Shown here one piece after another: positions 27,794 through 38,046 of a DNA stretch of 42,502 nt; positions within the stretch are counted from its first letter, which is position 1; every line of letters begins with the position of its first letter. The position numbers were made by a program, and so were the translations under genes. The DNA is from Pseudomonadota bacterium (GTDB taxonomy: Bacteria > Bdellovibrionota_F > JAHFAK01 > JBDREC01), in the NCBI GenBank assembly GCA_043820105.1, contig JBDREC010000049.1:62001-104502 (forward strand), given 5' to 3'. The notes below the pieces were generated by a model that saw only the letters and a program-made list of their open reading frames with translations, ran no database searches and was not told the origin of the DNA.

Positions 27794-29071
27794 ATGAATC
27801 TCAATAAAAAACAACAATCGTTTCTGACAATTAAGCCTGGTGAGGGGTGTTTGGTTTTTACACTCTTTTTGCAATCGGTTCTTTTTGGTTCAATTCTGAT
27901 ATTTACTAGGACAGCATCTTATGCACTGTTTCTGGACTCTTTTGATGCAAATATGCTGCCGATTGCATATATGTGTATTGCTTTTTCAGGAACCTTTTTA
28001 AGCTATACTATTTTAAGGTTCAATCGAATTTTTAAGTTTACAAGATTAATTTTGGGGCAGATTTTTTGTATATTATTAATTCTTGTTCTCATTAGATTTT
28101 CTCTGGTTTTCTTTTCTACAAAATGGGAATATTTTATTCTTCCAGTGTTTTATGAAACTTTGTTTATATTGGGCAGCATCCTACTTGCTTCCATATCTGC
28201 TCACTTTTTGACGGTCAATCAGAATGAAAGACTTCTTGGCATCATTATTTCTGGAAAATTTGTTGCAGAAATTATTAGTGGTATTTTAATAAAATACTAT
28301 GTGACCTGGATTGGAGTTAAAAACTTTTTTATTATTGCCGCTGTTTTTACATTTCTATATTTTATTGTTGTAGGTATTGCTTTCCAAACCTTTAAAAGAC
28401 CTAAGGATGAAGCGGAGTTTCAGCAAAAAGAAAAAAGAGAAATATCCTTATTGTCTGTACTTAAAAACAGATATTATCGACTTATAATTTTTTTCAGTCT
28501 TTTTTTCATTATCTCTTTCTTTTTTATAGAAAATGCTTTCTATGGTCAGGTAGCACTCAATTTTATAGCTCAAGATGAAATGGCAGGCTTTCTTGGGCAG
28601 TTTGCTTCTGTGAGTTCATTTATAACGCTTTTATTTCTTGTTTTTATAACAGGGAATGTTCTTAATAGGTTTGGTTTATTGACTGGTCTATTAATCTTTC
28701 CTGCCCTGCTGTTTGTAACAATTGTTCTTGTTGAAGTTTCAGGTAGGCTTCCAGGATTGTATTCCTATATTTTTTGGTTTACAGCTCTAACTCAACTAGC
28801 CAAAGAAGTATTAAACTACTCCTTTAATCATCCAACAAGAATAATTCTTTTTCGGGTAATTCCAATTTCAAAAAGGTATAGTTTGCAGACGATTTCTTAT
28901 GGTTTAGTTGATCCATTGTTTTGTGCGATTGCAGGAATAATTCTTTTTATTCTTATGACGGTTTATGGGATAGGTTCTGTAAATCTGCTTTTGATTTTAA
29001 TTCCAGTTTTGATTTTATGGATGGGTTTAATGATTTTGATTTATAAGGAATACAAGGCGCTTAGTAGCTAA
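27794..29071 (+). CDS. MFS-type transporter, Npt/TLC-like
   Basis: About 12 TM segments, IKPGE N-terminus, ASYALFL..F, RFGL motif. Confidence 0.65.
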   Translation: MNLNKKQQSFLTIKPGEGCLVFTLFLQSVLFGSILIFTRTASYALFLDSFDANMLPIAYMCIAFSGTFLSYTILRFNRIFKFTRLILGQIFCILLILVLIRFSLVFFSTKWEYFILPVFYETLFILGSILLASISAHFLTVNQNERLLGIIISGKFVAEIISGILIKYYVTWIGVKNFFIIAAVFTFLYFIVVGIAFQTFKRPKDEAEFQQKEKREISLLSVLKNRYYRLIIFFSLFFIISFFFIENAFYGQVALNFIAQDEMAGFLGQFASVSSFITLLFLVFITGNVLNRFGLLTGLLIFPALLFVTIVLVEVSGRLPGLYSYIFWFTALTQLAKEVLNYSFNHPTRIILFRVIPISKRYSLQTISYGLVDPLFCAIAGIILFILMTVYGIGSVNLLLILIPVLILWMGLMILIYKEYKALSS

Positions 29072-30015
29072 TATATCGGTCTGCTCATGCATCTTGGACC
29101 ACCGCGTCCCTTTGCAAGCTCTCGACTACTAACAGAAACGGTTTTGAAACTATCAATTTCATTCGAATTTTTAAGGATTTCAAGAGAATGATCATACATA
29201 ACGAGATTGTTGTCACCCAGGCAGAGTATATTGCAGGCTTGTTTAAAAATTGATTCTTCTTTGCTTACAGTAATTATTGAAAAGCCATTCTTTTCAAAAA
29301 ATAGAAGAGGGTCAATTTTTTCTTCGCCTTTTGCAGTTACAATAAAAGCAGAAAGCAGGCTTTCAGGATGGGCAACAATTGTGCTTTCATTTATTGGAAC
29401 ACAGCCACCATCTAGGTTTATTCTCCAATCTGCAAGTTTTATTCCAATAATTCCATCCAAATCTTTTGGCATTAACTGCTTTTTAAGAAAATGGATAGCG
29501 GATTCACTTGTTCTTCTTTCATAGCCTACAAGTAAAAATCGTTTTCCATCTAGAATTATGGGAATTACATCCCCTCCCTCTATAAAAAGATCAGTTGGCG
29601 TGAAGGAAATTACTTCAAGTCCGAATATGTTAGCAACCTCACGCATAACTATAGATTCTATTCTTCGGATGGGTTCACGCATCCTTCCAATTATGCATTT
29701 GCCAGGAAGCCATGGTATAGTAATCATTGCATCTCGAGTGTATATCTGATTTGGATTAACATTAATGAGATGAAGAAGTTGATACATTTCTTTACTCTTT
29801 TTTATTATGTCAGTTAATTCAATGACTTCAGTACCATTTAATGAAACGGCCTTTTTGAAGGTTTGATAATCATTTTTAAAAACTTCGATATCTGGATTGC
29901 CTAAAAAAAGAAACCCTTCACGATTTTTTTCACTAATAAAATTTAATGAATTGGTAAGGGCTGGATTATGGATTATAATTTTTGAGGGTTTAGAATGATA
30001 TTCAGAATAATTCAT
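29068..30015 (-). CDS. Amidinotransferase/arginine deiminase superfamily protein
   Basis: YTRDA, IEGGD, GGPRCMS. Confidence 0.8.
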   Translation of the reverse strand: MNYSEYHSKPSKIIIHNPALTNSLNFISEKNREGFLFLGNPDIEVFKNDYQTFKKAVSLNGTEVIELTDIIKKSKEMYQLLHLINVNPNQIYTRDAMITIPWLPGKCIIGRMREPIRRIESIVMREVANIFGLEVISFTPTDLFIEGGDVIPIILDGKRFLLVGYERRTSESAIHFLKKQLMPKDLDGIIGIKLADWRINLDGGCVPINESTIVAHPESLLSAFIVTAKGEEKIDPLLFFEKNGFSIITVSKEESIFKQACNILCLGDNNLVMYDHSLEILKNSNEIDSFKTVSVSSRELAKGRGGPRCMSRPIY

Positions 30016-30151
30016 CTGTTCTCCAATTATTTATCTGTCTTAATAGTAAAAGTAATTTCGCTTATTTTTTATTTAAAAAGCAAGAAAAAGACTTTATTAT
30101 TTTTTAAATAAAAATTAGGATAATCCATTATTACATAATTATAATAGTAAT

Positions 30152-32257
30152 ATGAATAAACTAAATCGAAAATTAATAATATTACTTTTTGCACCACTTT
30201 TTCTGACATGCTTGTCACCAGAAGGAAACTATAAAATTGGTGTTATGCTGCCTCTATCAGGAGACTATATTACATATTGGGAAGAACCTCTTGAATGGGC
30301 TGTGTTAAACGTAAATAGCGCAGGTGGCGTAGCAGGTAAAAACATTGAACTTGTTTATAGAGATCTAAATGTTTTAGATGTTGAAGATGTTGCTTTAGAG
30401 TTTGCAAATGATGAATCCATAAAAGCCGTAATTGGCCCCTTTTATTCATCTGATGCATTTGATGTTGCATCTTATTTTATTAAGGCTAAAAAACCGATGA
30501 TTACACCCTCTGCCTCCTCTGATGAAATTATAAGAGCCTATGGAGGCAAAAAATATATATGGAGAACAGTTGAGTCTGACATAGCTCAAACAAAGATGTT
30601 GCTGCTGCTTGCATTAGAAAATCAAGCAGAAAAAGTCTCTTTGTTAACCTCAAATGATCTTTATGGAGGTACCTTTTTTAACTGGTTTGGTTTTTTTGCA
30701 ACAGAACTTGGAATCGAGGTCGCTTCAGTTGTTAGATACGATCAATTTAATGAAAATGATTGTACTTCCTATTTTGAAGAATCTCTGGAAAATAATCCAG
30801 ACACACTAATTGCAATTACTCTGACTACAGAGTCAACTCTTTGTGTTGCAGAAAAGGTGTCTAATTTGGCAAGCCCTGTTCGTCTTTTGTTCAGTGATGC
30901 TGCAATGACTGATTCATTGATAGATGGACTTGGTGACGCTGTTGAAGGATTGCAGGGCACAGCGATATCTTATTCGAATTTAAATGGCTTTAAGGAGGTT
31001 TATCATTCCACTTTTAATGAGCTCCCGCATCCTTTTGCTGCCAATTCCTATGACGCGGTTTTGCTCCTAGCTTATGGTCTTGAACGATCAAATGGTGAAG
31101 GGGGTGAAGCTTTAGCAAATGCAATGATAGAGGTTGTTGACGCAAGGGGTGATGATGTAAGCTGGTATGCACAGGAAGTTTCAAAAGCAATTGAAATGAT
31201 TCGGGCCGGAAATCTTCCAGATATATCAGGAGCGACCGGATCCCTTGATTATGATGAGGAGCTGCACACTGATCCAGTTGACTCAACATATGGGTTTTGG
31301 GAAATATCTGAAGGTGAATTTGTAACTTATGATTATATTTTAAGCAGTGAAGAAGATAATGAAATCATTCGTTTTGGTTCTTCAATATTTAGAACAGCTG
31401 CTTCAGCAGCTGCTAAGCAGACCTTTGATAATTCTGAATTATACAGTGTTGAAGATAGGGAAAATATTTGGGCGTTCATAATGGCCGGTTCATCAGGATG
31501 GATAAATTACAGACACCAGGCTGATGCTCTTGCCCAATATCAGCTTTTGAAAAACAATGGTGTTTCCGATGATCGGATTATCTTAATAGTAGAAGATGAT
31601 CTTGCTTATAATGAATCTAACGAAGAGCAAGGGGTTATTAGGAATATTGCAGGAGGAGAGAATCTTTATCATGATCTTGAGATAGATTACAAACCAAGTG
31701 AACTTACTTCAGATGACATTATTTCAATATTAACTGGAGTAAAAAGTGAGAATATTTCAGAAGTTATGGAATCTTCCGTAAATGATAATATATATGTTTT
31801 TATTGTAAGTCATGGATATAAAGATGGAGTAGCTTTTGATGGAATCTTGGCTGATGATGCATCAGACAGTTATGCTACGTTCACCCCTGATGACATCTAT
31901 GAATCATTAAATTACCTTTATGAAAATGAACTTTACAGAAGAATATTTATTGCAATTGAGGCTTGTCACGGTGGGGTTATGGGTGAAGCCCTTGATCTTC
32001 CAAGGATATTAATGATGACAAGTGCAAATGGATACGAAAATTCTTTAGCTGCTAATTACGATACTGAACTTCGTGCTTGGCTCGCTGATCAATTTTCCTA
32101 TCAGCTATTTACCGCAGCATCATCAGAACAAGAATATACTTTCAGTGATCTATATGAAGAAGTGTATGTTGATATAAACGGTTCACATGTAAATGTTTAC
32201 AACGCAGAAAATTTCGGAGATTTGCATTCAATTTACTTAAATGAATTTTTTGAATAA
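30152..32257 (+). CDS. Lipoprotein: branched-chain amino acid SBP fused to a C13 (legumain-like) peptidase
   Basis: KIGVMLPLSG SBP start; GWINYRHQAD, SHG and EAC catalytic dyad motifs. Confidence 0.85.
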   Translation: MNKLNRKLIILLFAPLFLTCLSPEGNYKIGVMLPLSGDYITYWEEPLEWAVLNVNSAGGVAGKNIELVYRDLNVLDVEDVALEFANDESIKAVIGPFYSSDAFDVASYFIKAKKPMITPSASSDEIIRAYGGKKYIWRTVESDIAQTKMLLLLALENQAEKVSLLTSNDLYGGTFFNWFGFFATELGIEVASVVRYDQFNENDCTSYFEESLENNPDTLIAITLTTESTLCVAEKVSNLASPVRLLFSDAAMTDSLIDGLGDAVEGLQGTAISYSNLNGFKEVYHSTFNELPHPFAANSYDAVLLLAYGLERSNGEGGEALANAMIEVVDARGDDVSWYAQEVSKAIEMIRAGNLPDISGATGSLDYDEELHTDPVDSTYGFWEISEGEFVTYDYILSSEEDNEIIRFGSSIFRTAASAAAKQTFDNSELYSVEDRENIWAFIMAGSSGWINYRHQADALAQYQLLKNNGVSDDRIILIVEDDLAYNESNEEQGVIRNIAGGENLYHDLEIDYKPSELTSDDIISILTGVKSENISEVMESSVNDNIYVFIVSHGYKDGVAFDGILADDASDSYATFTPDDIYESLNYLYENELYRRIFIAIEACHGGVMGEALDLPRILMMTSANGYENSLAANYDTELRAWLADQFSYQLFTAASSEQEYTFSDLYEEVYVDINGSHVNVYNAENFGDLHSIYLNEFFE

Positions 32258-32261
32258 TTTG

Positions 32262-32408
32262 TATGGAATCGAATACTGGAATGCTAAAAATTCCTGGGGT
32301 AGAAGTTGGAGTGCCAATGGTTATTTCAAAATAAGATGCGGTGTAAATGAATCCGGAGTAGAAGAAGACATCATCATGCACAAAGGAACCTGTCTGAACT
32401 GTAATTAA
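32262..32408 (+). pseudogene. 3' stub of a papain-family (C1A) cysteine protease
   Basis: YWNAKNSWGRSWSANGYFKIRCGVNESGVE. Confidence 0.8.
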
Positions 32409-32458
32409 GTTCTAAAAGAGTTTTAATTTAATATTTGGGTTATTATATAAGACAGCAC

Positions 32459-32926
32459 TTATTCGACAGTGCCTGATCCTACGGATCCGCATTCCATGCT
32501 GCAAGCGGATACACACAGGTAACTAGTGTCTGAAGCGCAGTTTTCAGAATAACAAGCCTGAATACAATTATTATAAACGGTTTGTTCATTTGTCCAGACG
32601 AAATTTTCGGGAGTTTTTTCAGTAAATACTACTTTTAAGGTAGTATCTTCATTGTTCATGTTTACTTCAATTGTTTCATCTTGACTGTAGAGCTCATCAT
32701 TTAAATACCAACCATCAAATTCATACTCTTCTTGCAATAAAACAGTAAAAACCGGATTGATGTTTTTTTCTAGGATCCATGCTTCATTTTCATTTATTTC
32801 ACCGCTGGCGACTGATGAAAGAACTGCTCCTTCTCCTTCTATTACCAAGGATAGGTTGATTTCATCATCACCAGTACAAGTAGACAAGAAAATGAGTGTT
32901 GAAATAATAAGTAATAATTTTTTCAT
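32459..32926 (-). CDS. Lipoprotein with InlB-B-like repeat and Cys-rich tail
   Basis: LSTC lipobox, YEFDGWY, seven C-terminal Cys. Confidence 0.65.
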   Translation of the reverse strand: MKKLLLIISTLIFLSTCTGDDEINLSLVIEGEGAVLSSVASGEINENEAWILEKNINPVFTVLLQEEYEFDGWYLNDELYSQDETIEVNMNNEDTTLKVVFTEKTPENFVWTNEQTVYNNCIQACYSENCASDTSYLCVSACSMECGSVGSGTVE

Positions 32927-33013
32927 TTTATTAACTCCTGTTAAATGTTCATTCTATTGCTTAGCCTTTTCATTATAGTGATAAATTATTAAACATATAA
33001 AAATAAGTTTAAA

Positions 33014-33766
33014 TTAATTCAGTAAGAGTTTTCCAAAATGAGATATTTTAACCTCATTGCCTGACAATCTTAAACAATCCCACGCCTGGGCTTGATTGCT
33101 GGAAATTACCGGTTTGTTAATTTTATTTTCAATCCTTTCAATAATCGATGAAACCCAAAGGCCTGTGCAAGAAATAAAGATACTATCTACTTTATCACAG
33201 TTAAGTTTAATAGCGGCTTTATAAACAGATTCAGGATCAACCCTGTTCATCTCTGGGTCTCCTGGGAGATTAAAACTTCCACATTTACTTATCTCGAACC
33301 CATTTTGTATTAAATAATTTGCAAGTATTTCATTTAATTCATTTAAATAGGGTGTAATAAGAGCTGGTTTTTTACAATTCATAGCTCTCAAGCCCTTTAT
33401 ACTTGCTGTCATGGGGTTGGTAACAGGAATGTCAGGTTTTATCTTAGTAATAATACTTTTGAGTTCATCAAGCTCAGTAACAATTGAACCAGTTGTACAG
33501 CTAAAGCTAATAACATCTAGTTTAATGTCAGAGGGAAAAAGTTCTACAGCTTTTGAAAAATTATTCTTAAGGTTTTTTAAAGTTTCTTTTGTAGCAATTT
33601 TATTCATTGCAATACGACTTGCATATAGATTTGCACCAGATTGATACAGAAATCTGTTCATCTCAGGTTCACTACACATATCTTCTGAAAGAACAATTAG
33701 GCCAATAGAATATTGAGATGCCTTTTTTTTAAAATCGTAAGATAAAGCTTGCCAGTTAGTGTTCAT
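33014..33766 (-). CDS. Maleate isomerase/Asp-Glu racemase family protein
   Basis: FSCTTGS and ISCTGL Cys pair, ITPY, PVISSNQA. Confidence 0.85.
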   Translation of the reverse strand: MNTNWQALSYDFKKKASQYSIGLIVLSEDMCSEPEMNRFLYQSGANLYASRIAMNKIATKETLKNLKNNFSKAVELFPSDIKLDVISFSCTTGSIVTELDELKSIITKIKPDIPVTNPMTASIKGLRAMNCKKPALITPYLNELNEILANYLIQNGFEISKCGSFNLPGDPEMNRVDPESVYKAAIKLNCDKVDSIFISCTGLWVSSIIERIENKINKPVISSNQAQAWDCLRLSGNEVKISHFGKLLLN

Positions 33767-33950
33767 AATAAATATTAAATTAAGTTGTTTTATTGTTTAA
33801 AGTATAATCTATTTTCGAAGAATATTAAGTCAATGCAAAAACATTTTATATTATATAGTAACAAGAACATATTTGATTTTTTTTTAAATATTATTATTCT
33901 GAAATAGAATTTTATTAGCAAAAACATGTAATATAAGCAAAGGAGCCAAA

Positions 33951-35483
33951 ATGCCATATCCAATACTTAGTAAGAATGATATGAATGGATATTTTGCTTT
34001 GCTGGCTGACAATTTAGCCAATTTTATCATTGTTGCTTCATTTTCGAAATATGTTTTAAATTTTCCAGATTCTATTGTGTTTGGTCGCATTTTTCCGGGG
34101 CTTGGTGTGGCTTTGCTATTGGGCTTAAGTTATTACTATTATCTAGCGAGGAAGCTTGCTAAAAAAGAAAACAGAAACGATGTTACTGCCTTGCCTTACG
34201 GAATCAGTACTCCAATTTTATTTGTCTATATTTTTGCAGTAATGCTTCCTGTTTATATAAAAACAAAGGATCCGATTTTTACCTGGCAAGTTGGAATAGG
34301 AGCAGCTTTTATAGGTGGTATAATAGAAATGTTGGGATCCATTATTGGTCCATTTCTTAGGAGGGTTACTCCGCGTGCTGGAATGCTGGGAACTCTTGCC
34401 GGAATTGCAATTGTATGGATTGCCACAGTACCAATGGCTGAAATATTTGAACATCCGGTGATTGGTTTTACTTGTTTGACTTTAATTTTTATGGGCTTGC
34501 TTGGAGGCTTTAGGTTTCCATTCAATATTCCAGCTGGTTTGCTGGCCATTATTGTGGGAACTATATTAGCACTTTTCATGGGTGTTTCTAAAGTTTCCAT
34601 ATCAGGAGTGAGTTTTAATATTCCTATACCTGTTATTGAAGATGTAATTAAAGGCATAGTTCATATATTTCATAATCCTGAAATCTTTGCAATAATTCTG
34701 CCTATAGAAATATATAATTTTATGGAAACTATGAATAATGTTGAATCAGCAGAAGCTGCAGGGGATAAATATCCCCTAAGGTCTTGTCAGATCATGGATG
34801 GGCTTGGAACCTGTGTTGGTTCTTTGTTTGGATCCTGTTTTCCAACAACTGTATATATTGGTCATCCTGGTTATAAAAAGTTAAAAGCTCAGGCAGGATA
34901 TGCATTGTTAGTTGGAATTACTTTTTTCTTAGCTGCCATACTTGGTTTGATTTCATTTTTTCATGAATTGATTCCTGTGGCTGCTGTTGCTCCAATGCTT
35001 GTTTTTATTGGAATTGTTATTACTGCGCAGGCATTTTCAGCCACTGATTCAAAGTATGCAATGGCAGTGGCTGTTTCTTTGATTCCCCATGTTTCAAATA
35101 TTATTTATTCAAAAATGGGTTCTTTAGCAAGTGTTGTAAATTCAACTTACCATCTGAATATTTCTTTAAGTGAGAATTCTTTTGTTGAAACAATGCTTGG
35201 AAATGGAATTCATTATATGGGACATAGTGCTCTGGCCAATGGATCAATAATAACAGGGCTTATCTGGGGAGCAATTACTGCTTATATAATAGATGGCAAT
35301 TATAAGAACTGTTTTTTATTTGCAATAACAGCTTCAATTTTAACTTTTTTAGGTATAATTCATTCCTCAACAATGGGCTTTTATTTTACTCCAATCACAT
35401 TAGCTTATACTGTAATGTCCGGACTTTTTTTAGTAAGCTATGCGTGGCAGAAAAAAAGTTGGAATAAGAGCTTAAAGTCTTAA
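33951..35483 (+). CDS. NCS2/AzgA-like permease
   Basis: TALPYGISTP, NNVESAEAAGD, PTTVYIGHPGYK. Confidence 0.8.
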   Translation: MPYPILSKNDMNGYFALLADNLANFIIVASFSKYVLNFPDSIVFGRIFPGLGVALLLGLSYYYYLARKLAKKENRNDVTALPYGISTPILFVYIFAVMLPVYIKTKDPIFTWQVGIGAAFIGGIIEMLGSIIGPFLRRVTPRAGMLGTLAGIAIVWIATVPMAEIFEHPVIGFTCLTLIFMGLLGGFRFPFNIPAGLLAIIVGTILALFMGVSKVSISGVSFNIPIPVIEDVIKGIVHIFHNPEIFAIILPIEIYNFMETMNNVESAEAAGDKYPLRSCQIMDGLGTCVGSLFGSCFPTTVYIGHPGYKKLKAQAGYALLVGITFFLAAILGLISFFHELIPVAAVAPMLVFIGIVITAQAFSATDSKYAMAVAVSLIPHVSNIIYSKMGSLASVVNSTYHLNISLSENSFVETMLGNGIHYMGHSALANGSIITGLIWGAITAYIIDGNYKNCFLFAITASILTFLGIIHSSTMGFYFTPITLAYTVMSGLFLVSYAWQKKSWNKSLKS

Positions 35484-35563
35484 ATTTAAGGTAAAATAGC
35501 TTAATATTGTCTTGCAATATAAGACCGTCTGACGCTTTCTTTTTAAAAAAAATTCGCTTTTAA

Positions 35564-35880
35564 TTATTCAATTTCAAAGATGCTATTGTCTAAACTTTTT
35601 AGAAAAGGGAAATTGTCCAGTAATTCTTCATATTGAAGATTTGTCCAATATTTTTTTAGCATGCTTACTAAAGTATGTCCTTCCTTGTTTTGGAATTTAA
35701 GATCAAAATCTATGTGTCCTGTTTCATAAGCTGAAAGAAGTTCACACATTTCAAGTTCATGTTGTGGATAACTGGCAAGATTCAATAAAAAAGGATTGCC
35801 ATCTGGCTCTGCAATATTGAAATTATATTTTAACCTTCCAGCTAGTATATCTGCTATCAAGCCTTCAAAAATTATTATAT
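35564..35880 (-). pseudogene. 5'-truncated third copy of the ankyrin-like paralog family
   Basis: LKYNFN...GNPFLL..DFDLKFQNKEG..FLKSLDNS aligns with the C-terminal third of the adjacent paralogs. Confidence 0.75.
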
Positions 35881-35881
35881 A

Positions 35882-36889
35882 TTACGGGGTATTAAATGTG
35901 CTGTTGTCCAAAGTCCTTAGAAAGTGATAATTTTGCTGTAATTTAGTATAACTGATATTTCCCCCATACCTTAGAAGCAAAGTTGATAAAGTATCTCCAT
36001 TTTTGTTTTTTAAATTGGGATCAAAAGAAATTTTATTGTTTTTATAAGCATCTAATAAATGTATCATTTCATCTGCACCATACGGAAAAATACGTGCTAA
36101 ACGCATTATAAAATTGTCACCATTATCATATATATTTGCATCAAAATTATATTTTAAACTGCCATCCCTTAGTGCATACGAAATTTGTTCAAAATTATCC
36201 TGTTGGGGAAATTTTTGACTTTCAAAAGCTAAGTCTATTAAGGTTTTACCATCTTTGTTTTTAATATTAGCGTCAACACTAAGACCTTTGTATCTAATAG
36301 CAGCTACAAATGATTTTAAGACATATGAATTAGGATATTGTGCTGCTTCCATTATAGCAGTATTACCGGTTTCAGGATCTACAGCATCAATATCTAATTC
36401 GATTTCTTTTTTTAAATAACTTTCTAATAGCTCGTCAACTATAATGCGGATTTCAATTGATTCACTATATTTTGCAGCTTGTATTAGAATTGGCAAATCA
36501 TCTGCATCATATTTTTTTGTGGCATCAAGAGTAACAAAATCCATTGCATTTGCGTGTAATAAAGCAGATAATTTTGCATAGTCTTTATTGTAAACTAATA
36601 TTTCAAGTAGAGATTCATGTAGTAAACAATCTTCCTTTTGTGGATTTATAACATGTACTTCTCTTGCCACATTCACATCTATTCCAGTCCTTAAAGTTGC
36701 GATAAATACATCCAAATCATCAGTTTCCAATGCTTCCCAAATATTACTTTGTGCAATTGTTTTTAGATTTATAAATCTTACAATATGTGATATTATTCCT
36801 GCCTCTTCTCGATCTGCATATAATCCATTTATTATTAATAAGTTCAAAGTCACAATAAAGAGAAAAAAGTATTTTTTTGAAGATTTCAT
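35882..36889 (-). CDS. Secreted ankyrin-like repeat protein (paralog B)
   Basis: Signal peptide; GNTAIMEAA, GKTLIDLA, GDTL repeats. Confidence 0.75.
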   Translation of the reverse strand: MKSSKKYFFLFIVTLNLLIINGLYADREEAGIISHIVRFINLKTIAQSNIWEALETDDLDVFIATLRTGIDVNVAREVHVINPQKEDCLLHESLLEILVYNKDYAKLSALLHANAMDFVTLDATKKYDADDLPILIQAAKYSESIEIRIIVDELLESYLKKEIELDIDAVDPETGNTAIMEAAQYPNSYVLKSFVAAIRYKGLSVDANIKNKDGKTLIDLAFESQKFPQQDNFEQISYALRDGSLKYNFDANIYDNGDNFIMRLARIFPYGADEMIHLLDAYKNNKISFDPNLKNKNGDTLSTLLLRYGGNISYTKLQQNYHFLRTLDNSTFNTP

Positions 36890-36925
36890 TATTAGAATTC
36901 CTTACAATGATTTATAATTTTTATA

Positions 36926-37933
36926 TTATTGAGTAATAAATGTGCTGTTGTCCAAAGTCTTTAGAAAATTAAATTTATCTTGTAATTCAGTATATTCGGA
37001 AGATTCCTCCATATAAACTCGAAGCAGAGTTGATAAAGTATCTCCATCGTTGTTTTTTAAATTTAGATCAAAAGAAATTTGCCTGTTTTGATAAGCAACT
37101 AATAATAATCTTATTTCATCAACAAAAGTAGGAAAACGTGCTAAACGCATTATAAAATTGTCACCATTATCATATATATTTGTATTGAAATCATAATTTA
37201 AAAAGCCATCTCCTAATGCATATAAGATTTTTTCAAAATTATCATTATTGTCATATCTTTCACTTTCAAAAGCTAAGTCTATTAAGGTTTTATCATCTTT
37301 GTTTTTTATATTAGTATCAACACTAAGACCTTTGTATCTAATAGCATCTACAAACGATGTTAAGACATATGAATTGGGATATTGTGCTGCTTCCATTATA
37401 GCAGTATTACCGGTTTCAGGATCTACAGCATCAATATCTAATTCGATTTCTTTTTTTAAATAACTTTCTACTAGCTCGTCAACTATACTTGACATTGTAA
37501 TTGATTCACTAGATTTCGCAGCTTGGATTAGAATTGGCAAATCATCTGCATCATATTTTTTTGTGGCATCAAGAGTAACAAAACCCATTGCATTTGCGTG
37601 TAATAATGCAGATAACTTTTCTGTGTCCTGATTATTTACTAATACCTCAAGTAGAGATTCATTCCGCTCATAAGTTCCCGATCTTGGATCTATAATATAT
37701 ACTTTTCTTGTCACATTCACATCTGCTCCTGATCTTAAGGTAGCGATAAATACATTCAAATTATTAGTATTTAACGCCGTCCAAACATCAATTCTTGCAA
37801 GCATTTTGTTTGATATAAATCTTTTAATTTTAGCTTGTAGACTTGGCTCTTCTCGATCTGCATATAATCCATTTATTATTAATAAGTTCAAAATCACAAT
37901 AAAGAGAAAAAAGTATTTTTTTGAAGATTTCAT
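36926..37933 (-). CDS. Secreted ankyrin-like repeat protein (paralog A)
   Basis: Same 335-aa length as paralog B with near-identical blocks. Confidence 0.75.
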   Translation of the reverse strand: MKSSKKYFFLFIVILNLLIINGLYADREEPSLQAKIKRFISNKMLARIDVWTALNTNNLNVFIATLRSGADVNVTRKVYIIDPRSGTYERNESLLEVLVNNQDTEKLSALLHANAMGFVTLDATKKYDADDLPILIQAAKSSESITMSSIVDELVESYLKKEIELDIDAVDPETGNTAIMEAAQYPNSYVLTSFVDAIRYKGLSVDTNIKNKDDKTLIDLAFESERYDNNDNFEKILYALGDGFLNYDFNTNIYDNGDNFIMRLARFPTFVDEIRLLLVAYQNRQISFDLNLKNNDGDTLSTLLRVYMEESSEYTELQDKFNFLKTLDNSTFITQ

Positions 37934-38046
37934 TTTTTGCTTTCCTTCTAATTGTTCATAATTATCGTTATCAGTGACTAAACGAAAACTAATCCTCTGC
38001 TTCTTTAACCGCGTCGTCCATCACCACAAAGTGCAGGAAGTACGCC

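Noticed and set aside
36693-36704. AAAGTTGCGATA match to the scar core
   Set aside because: Lies inside a coding region (FIATL) with no flanking similarity; chance match.
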